DNA of 64,000 nucleotides from NCBI RefSeq assembly GCF_988243305.1, contig NZ_OZ547136.1; one strand, 5' to 3'. Shown piece by piece: positions 55,560 to 64,000 of this stretch (position 1 is its first letter; each line of letters starts with the position of its first letter). The notes under the pieces were generated by a model. It saw only the letters and a program-made list of their open reading frames with translations, ran no database searches and was not told where the DNA came from. The position numbers and the translations under genes were made by a program.

Positions 55560-56101
55560 TTGATTTTTACTCCAATACCCGAAACCACCAGCCATACTTC
55601 ATTTGCCGCAGCGGCCAGCTGCTGATTTACCCGCCCGGCAATATCACGAAAATGTCGTGCCAGACGACTCTCCGGCACAATCCCCATTCCCACTTCGTTA
55701 GTCACTAATACAACCTTTGCGGGGCAACGTTGGCAGGCAGCAATCAACGACTGAATCTCAGCATTAATCGCCTGTTCCATCGCCTGATAATCCCATTCAT
55801 CAGGGTCTTTATCGCCGCCATAATCAAACAACAGATTAGTCACCATTGTGGTAACGCATTCCAGCAACACAGCTTCATGCGGGTTAATGTCTGCATGAAT
55901 TAATTCATCAAGATGTTGCCAACGCTCCACCGTGCGCCAGTGCGCCGGACGGCCTTGCCGATGATGTTCTATCCGTGCAGCCATCTCGTCATCAAGGATT
56001 TGCGAGGTAGCGATATACAGAACCTGTGAAGAGTCCCCAATAAGCGCCTCTGCGTGGCGACTCTTCCCGCTCCGTGCGCCCCCCGTCACCAAAATCATCA
56101 T
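55556..56101 (-). CDS. cobU: adenosylcobinamide kinase / adenosylcobinamide-phosphate guanylyltransferase
   Basis: 181-aa ORF with P-loop GGARSGKS. Confidence 0.9.
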
Positions 56102-57307
56102 ACCGACTCCTGATTCAAATGTATGATGGTATTCATTGAACAGAACAATGGATCCCCCACCGTTGCTGACCGCAAAACATTTACGCGATTAATACTGCGC
56201 GTAATATAATTAAAAATCCAGCATTCTCAATCCATTACGAAATAAGATGGCATTACGGAATAGCCAGACTTTCTCGTGTTAACGTCCGACAAAATGCGTC
56301 ATTGACAGCGGTTTCTGTGGATTGACACATTTCATTCAGATAATGAATTAATGCTACTGCCGGACCAACCAGCAAACGGGCATTGTGTTCTGAAATCCAG
56401 GCTATTGATTCAACGTCAGCGACAGATCTGCGCTGTAAAAGAACTTGTAAAACAACGCAATAGAATTATCCGGAATGGTGGCGACTATGCACTAGAACAC
56501 CACAATTTCGCTCTCTCGGTAAGGCACTGTCACAGCATTCAACAGAATGTGACTTGCCAGATTTATTAGCGCCACCAGATGTTTAACCGGGTAACCACGA
56601 CCCAGTCGGGGATATATTCCATCTTCTCGCTGACATCATCAAGAATAAAAAGGTTTATCACACTCAGAGCAACGTTCTTCAGCAGGCGGGATAATTCTTC
56701 AACATTTAGAAGATGTGTTATTAAAGGCATACAAACTGGACGTATTGTATTTTCTTTTGGTGGTTGACCTAAGGTAGCAGTTTATCCTGATGCGCTGAGA
56801 TTTCTGTAATATCTACGTCAACATTCTCCTCGAATAGAAAATGCAGCCCCGGCAAGTGATTCACATTTTTTAACAAAACGTTGTTAGCGTGCCATTTTCA
56901 GAAGCTCTCCAAGAAAGCGAATTCTTTTCTCAAATTCTGCATTCTCAGACACAGCTTTCTACTCCATGGCAATGGCCCAAATACGAAGTTGCTCAGGATC
57001 ATTAGTGGTGCTGAGAAGTTAAATAACCATGCGGAGTACCACTCGTCATCACGTATTTATATATCATGAAGCTATTGTTGTGTTTTGTACATCAGTAGAT
57101 ATATTCTGATATACTCCTTTTGCTAGACATAACCTTTCACCTGCTTGCAAAGCTTCTGTGTTCTGACATTGCCAAATTGTTGCAATTCTGTATCCAGCCT
57201 TCTTTCAGTCATAGCTTCGGGCCGCGATAAGACTCACTGATCTGACCCTGATTCCTCTTGCAGACTTTATAGACCATTTAAAATGCAGTTTCGGTAATGA
57301 CTCCAAC

Positions 57308-57811
57308 TTATTGATAGTGTTTTATGTTCAGATAATGCCCGATGACTTTGTCATGCAGCTCCACCGATTTTGAGAACGACAGCGACTTCCGTCCCAGCCG
57401 TGCCAGGTGCTGCCTCAGATTCAGGTTATGCCGCTCAATTCGCTGCGTATATCGCTTGCTGATTACGTGCAGCTTTCCCTTCAGGCGGGATTCATACAGC
57501 GGCCAGCCATCCGTCATCCATATCACCACGTCAAAGGGTGACAGCAGGCTCATAAGACGCCCCAGCGTCGCCATAGTGCGTTCACCGAATACGTGCGCAA
57601 CAACCGTCTTCCGGAGACTGTCATACGCGTAAAACAGCCAGCGCTGGCGCGATTTAGCCCCGACATAGCCCCACTGTTCGTCCATTTCCGCGCAGACGAT
57701 GACGTCACTGCCCGGCTGTATGCGCGAGGTTACCGACTGCGGCCTGAGTTTTTTAAGTGACGTAAAATCGTGTTGAGGCCAACGCCCATAATGCGGGCAG
57801 TTACCCGGCAT
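57308..57811 (-). CDS. insB: IS1 InsB (expressed as InsAB' by frameshift)
   Basis: 167-aa ORF overlapping insA in the -1 frame. Confidence 0.88.
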   Translation of the reverse strand: MPGNCPHYGRWPQHDFTSLKKLRPQSVTSRIQPGSDVIVCAEMDEQWGYVGAKSRQRWLFYAYDSLRKTVVAHVFGERTMATLGRLMSLLSPFDVVIWMTDGWPLYESRLKGKLHVISKRYTQRIERHNLNLRQHLARLGRKSLSFSKSVELHDKVIGHYLNIKHYQ

Positions 57812-58005
57812 CCAACGCCATTCATGGCCATATCAATGATTTTCTGGTGCGTACCGGGTTGAGAAGCGGTGTAAGTGAACTGCAGTTGCCATGTTTTACG
57901 GCAGTGAGAGCAGAGATAGCGCTGATGTCCGGCGGTGCTTTTGCCGTTACGCACCACCCCGTCAGTAGCTGAACAGGAGGGACAGCTGATAGAAACAGAA
58001 GCCAC
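57730..58005 (-). CDS. insA: IS1 InsA
   Basis: 91-aa [26 protein letters not shown]... with zinc-finger CxxC pairs. Confidence 0.9.
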   Translation of the reverse strand: MASVSISCPSCSATDGVVRNGKSTAGHQRYLCSHCRKTWQLQFTYTASQPGTHQKIIDMAMNGVGCRVTARIMGVGLNTILRHLKNSGRSR

Positions 58006-58583
58006 TGGAGCACCTCAAAAACACCATCATACACTAAATCAGTAAGTTGGCAGCATCACCTGCAGTTTCTGCAGGTCAACGTCTGACCATCATTGTCATC
58101 ACTCTGGCCATTAGAGTAACCTTCTGCATTCATCCTTTTGTAAAAAGTTTATATCAGTATCAGCAATTAACCGGACCTGATACTGATATGAGTCTTACCG
58201 CATATACGGTTAATTTCAGCAATTAATTACATTATCCACGCCAAAGTATTTGTCATCACAATGATGGTACCTTCTTTCAGACACCATTTTTTCAACTCCG
58301 TTTTCCACGGACCGCACTCTTATGTCAAGAGTGCGGTCCGTGGATACAACCAGAGACCGACTGACACGAGTCAGAGGAAACGACGGATATGTTCAGTCGT
58401 AAAATATCTATCAAAAAACATGATTAAGGTCAAAAATGTTTGATATTTACAATTTATGAAGATGACAATAATTATAGACACATGAGAACATAAATGAAAA
58501 TAATTATCATTACAGCAATCTGAATCGCCACGGGTTTAACAGACACCTCAGAGTCATTTAAGATGGCTTAAAGAGAGGTGCCC

Positions 58584-58871
58584 ATGAGCGGTAAGCGTTA
58601 TCCCGAAGAGTTTAAAACTGAAGCAGTCAAACAGGTTGTTGATCGCGGTTATTCTGTTGCCAGCGTTGCAACACGTCTCGATATCACCACCCACAGCCTT
58701 TATGCCTGGATAAAGAAGTACGGTCCGGATTCTTCCACTAATAAAGAACAGTCAGATGCTCAGGCCGAGATCCGCCGTCTCCAGAAAGAGCTGAAACGGG
58801 TTACCGACGAACGGGACATATTAAAAAAAGCCGCGCTCTTGATGTCAGACTCCCTGAACAGTTCTCGATAA
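58584..58871 (+). CDS. IS3-family transposase OrfA (HTH / leucine zipper)
   Basis: [19 protein letters not shown]...[20 protein letters not shown]; run of seven A then G at 58823-58830 is the expected -1 frameshift window into orfB. Confidence 0.85.
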   Translation: MSGKRYPEEFKTEAVKQVVDRGYSVASVATRLDITTHSLYAWIKKYGPDSSTNKEQSDAQAEIRRLQKELKRVTDERDILKKAALLMSDSLNSSR

Positions 58872-59258
58872 TCGGGAAACTCAGGGCGCGTTATCCTGTG
58901 GCCACTCTCTGCCATGTGTTCGGGGTCCATCGCAGCAGCTACAAATACTGGAAAAACCGTCCTGAAAAGCCAGACGGCAGACGGGCTGTATTACGCAGCC
59001 AGGTACTTGAACTACATGGCATCAGCCACGGCTCTGCCGGAGCAAGAAGCATCGCCACAATGGCAACCCAGAGAGACTACCAGATGGGGCGCTGGCTTGC
59101 TGGCAGACTCATGAAAGAGCTGGGGCTGGTCAGCTGTCAGCAGCCGACTTACCGGTATAAACGTGGTGGTCATGAACATGTTGCTATCCCTAACTACCTT
59201 GAACGGCAGTTCGCCGTGACCGAGCCAAATCAGGTGTGGTGCGGTGATGTGACCTATA
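58829..59258 (+). CDS. IS3-family transposase OrfB, 5' part (upstream of the intron)
   Basis: -1 frame relative to orfA; reads ...[22 protein letters not shown] up to the intron 5' splice site. Confidence 0.75.
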
Positions 59259-61986
<2,728 letters not shown>

Positions 61987-62249
61987 CTCGGTGGCCAGTT
62001 TTTGTTGACCACTTCACATCGCCATCCGCAAGGTAACTGTAGAAGTGTCTTAAGAGAGTGCATTGCGTTGCCCATAACTTAAAACAGCTTAGATCCTTGT
62101 TCGCCAGAAAGTTTCATCCATTTTCTTCCACCCAGGTTGCGGAAGAACCACTTTTCATCCGTCGTTGACAGATGTGAAGTATGCGGGAGAAAAAGTGAAT
62201 ATCTAACTGTAATAACTCAGACCGGTACGAGTACTCGGAACGTCTACAA

Positions 62250-62768
62250 TCATTCAGGGCAAAGTGCTAAAATTTCTCTATCCCGGGATGCCCCTACCAA
62301 CGCAGCACTCCCGGAGATATCATTACAGCTCTGCAACTGATTTCCGCGACTGAACCGCTCAGTTCCTATCCTTCCAGTTGCCTTCCTGCAGCCCCCCTCC
62401 CTGCTGTATACCCCGGTACCACAACGCGGGCAGCACTTTTCTCCTTCATAATCTTCGTCACACATCACACAAAACCACTTTCTCACCTTCACCGTATAAT
62501 CCGGAACCGTCATACCCTGCAGATGCAAACGACGGGCCTCTTTCTCTGCCGGGTCAAGCCAGGTGCATCGCAGCAGGATTTTCTCAGCGACAGTCATCTG
62601 GTCATGTTCAAACCACGGTGGTTGTCCGTCATTGCCCCGCTGAAGTGTTAACGGGCATCCACAGGACACACAGCACAAAACGTCCTGGCGGTTGTGCTTC
62701 GCTGCTTCTTTCGCCGTAACAAAATGGCCTTTGCTGTCATTCGCCATATAACAGTTCAGAATTCGCAT
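62250..62768 (-). CDS. hypothetical zinc-ribbon protein, paralog 2
   Basis: Start set at MRILNCYMAND with AGGAGG 4 nt upstream; CxxC pairs (CVSCGC, CVMCDED...CCPRCGTG) and PWFEH motif shared with the neighbouring ORF; overlaps its stop by 13 nt. Confidence 0.55.
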   Translation of the reverse strand: MRILNCYMANDSKGHFVTAKEAAKHNRQDVLCCVSCGCPLTLQRGNDGQPPWFEHDQMTVAEKILLRCTWLDPAEKEARRLHLQGMTVPDYTVKVRKWFCVMCDEDYEGEKCCPRCGTGVYSREGGCRKATGRIGTERFSRGNQLQSCNDISGSAALVGASRDREILALCPE

Positions 62769-63163
62769 ATTTCCTCCTGAGTTGTCCGGGGAATACTGAA
62801 TCCTCCGGTCTGGCAGTGTGTGCAGTACCGCTCCCCATAATAATCGTGGTGACATTGTCTGCAGTGCCAGCTGGCTTTACGCACCACGGGTAAGGCATCC
62901 GGTACGAATTGCTGCAGACGTTTAATCAACTGTATTTCTCTGCGCTCCGGCCTGACATAAGGGCACTGTTGACCGTGCTCTGTCAGCCTGTCGTCAGTGT
63001 GTTCAAACCAGGGAAGTTCAGTGTCGTATTGCGGATGGTATCTGAGTGCACTGCCACACAAGTGGCAGGTGTAGTTAGCATAAGGTGCGGCCTGTGCAGT
63101 ACGGGCGCCCGTCAGACGTCCGTTGCCATCAAGAGCGATAAAGGATTTTGCGTACATAGTCAT
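62756..63163 (-). CDS. hypothetical zinc-ribbon protein, paralog 1
   Basis: 135-aa ORF with GAGGA upstream; CHLCGS...PWFEHT...CRQCHHDYYGERYCTHCQTGG. Confidence 0.55.
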   Translation of the reverse strand: MTMYAKSFIALDGNGRLTGARTAQAAPYANYTCHLCGSALRYHPQYDTELPWFEHTDDRLTEHGQQCPYVRPERREIQLIKRLQQFVPDALPVVRKASWHCRQCHHDYYGERYCTHCQTGGFSIPRTTQEEICEF

Positions 63164-63416
63164 ATTCCTCAGCCGCCAGACGACACGCAGGCAACAGCCG
63201 TCCCGGTACGGGCAGCGTGGTCAGGGTGTGAATGGCGGTTCAGTTAAAATCTGGACTGGAGTTTGGGTAAAGCAGGCTGGTTGCTGTTACAGCACTGTGG
63301 TTGTCACACAATGGAACACTGACGTAAAAAACAGTCAGTGGGCGAGTGGATACATCGTTGCCGCCAGACAACAACCCATACTTTTGGTTTGCCGGATATT
63401 GGCGCGCCAGTCGTGC

Positions 63417-63986
63417 TCAACTCCGGCTACAGCCAAAATTGCGCTCACCGGTGCAGTGAGCTTTGGTATGTTCCTTCGCCAGATAGTCAGCACGTTCCAG
63501 CACCTGCTGAAAGCCAGTGTCATCATCGCGTTCCAGCCACACCGCCGGCCAGGCCGGAAAATGCACCAGCGTGGCATGGCACCCGACATCCACTCCCAGG
63601 GCACTGCACCACGCCTGTTTAATCATCCCGGCCAGTGATCCCGGAGCACGGTAATCACCGGCACGACACCAGGTATCCCGGTTAACCAGCAGCATCAGGT
63701 GATAGTGTTTTTTACCTTTGCACTCCCCAAACTCCCGGGCCCAGACGTAATGCAGGGTGGTGGGATGCACGCGTTTACCTTCCCGATGCTTACGTTTCTG
63801 GTAAGCGTCGATTCGGGCTTTCAGGGCATTGATGAAGCGGGATATCACAGCTGCGTCCGTTGCTGCCGGTACATCCGGGAAACGCAGGTCAACCCGCAAT
63901 GCCGTCAGGCGGGGATGAACATTCAGTGCGTGCCGCACCGTCTCACGAATACGTTGCTGCCAGAAGGGGTTGTATTTGTAGGTCAT
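63417..63986 (-). CDS. cryptic-prophage protein, YagK/YfjJ-like (assignment from memory)
   Basis: 189-aa ORF MTYKYNPFWQQRIRETVRHALNVHPRLTALRVDLRF...; family call is recalled, not searched. Confidence 0.5.
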   Translation of the reverse strand: MTYKYNPFWQQRIRETVRHALNVHPRLTALRVDLRFPDVPAATDAAVISRFINALKARIDAYQKRKHREGKRVHPTTLHYVWAREFGECKGKKHYHLMLLVNRDTWCRAGDYRAPGSLAGMIKQAWCSALGVDVGCHATLVHFPAWPAVWLERDDDTGFQQVLERADYLAKEHTKAHCTGERNFGCSRS

Positions 63987-64000
63987 GGTTAAATCTCCGT

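Larger units (their letters stand above)
57293..58060 (-). mobile_element. IS1 insertion sequence with 9-bp target-site duplication
   Basis: 768-bp element from ggtaatgactcc to ggcagcatcacc, matching recalled IS1 ends; flanked by direct repeats tgcagtttc at 57284-57292 and 58061-58069. Confidence 0.93.

Noticed and set aside
63123-63638. 171-aa plus-strand ORF at the right edge
   Set aside because: Antisense to the YagK/YfjJ-like gene, spanning the intergenic region, with no start context.

Overview
This window looks like Escherichia coli-type chromosome carrying the yersiniabactin High-Pathogenicity Island (HPI), with an IS and prophage-remnant region at the right edge. All calls are from reading the sequence and recalled protein families; no database search was run. 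Layout: (1) core genes hchA, hprS/hprR, hiuH, msrPQ, zinT, tRNA-Ser, mtfA (1-8.4 kb). (2) The HPI, about 31.5 kb and GC-rich, inserted at the 3' end of tRNA-Asn asnT (8.5-40.0 kb): P4-like int, ybtS-ybtX-ybtQ-ybtP on the minus strand, then ybtA, irp2, irp1, ybtU, ybtT, ybtE, fyuA on the plus strand, with Fur boxes and a conserved palindromic repeat at the irp2 and fyuA promoters. The integrase lacks a canonical start codon at its homologous N-terminus and no attR-like copy of the tRNA 3' end is visible, so the island looks fixed. (3) Its right junction is an AT-rich ORF-poor stretch fused to a degraded yeeJ adhesin gene (N-terminal truncation, large internal deletion, 1-bp frameshift). (4) Core genes yeeL, shiA, amn, yeeN, yeeO, cbl, nac, ldtA, cobT, cobS, cobU interspersed with three more identical tRNA-Asn genes (42.6-56.1 kb). 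(5) An IS1 copy with a 9-bp target duplication, then an IS3-family (IS911-like) element whose orfB is split by a 2.27-kb group II intron encoding a reverse transcriptase/maturase, then a cryptic-prophage-like remnant with a YagK/YfjJ-like gene and two tandem paralogous zinc-ribbon ORFs of unknown function (57.3-64.0 kb). No CRISPR array was seen. The HPI is a well-described system; the least explained parts are the zinc-ribbon pair, the palindromes between the two IS elements, and the ORF-free stretches at 6.7-7.4 kb, 39.0-40.0 kb and 56.1-57.3 kb.
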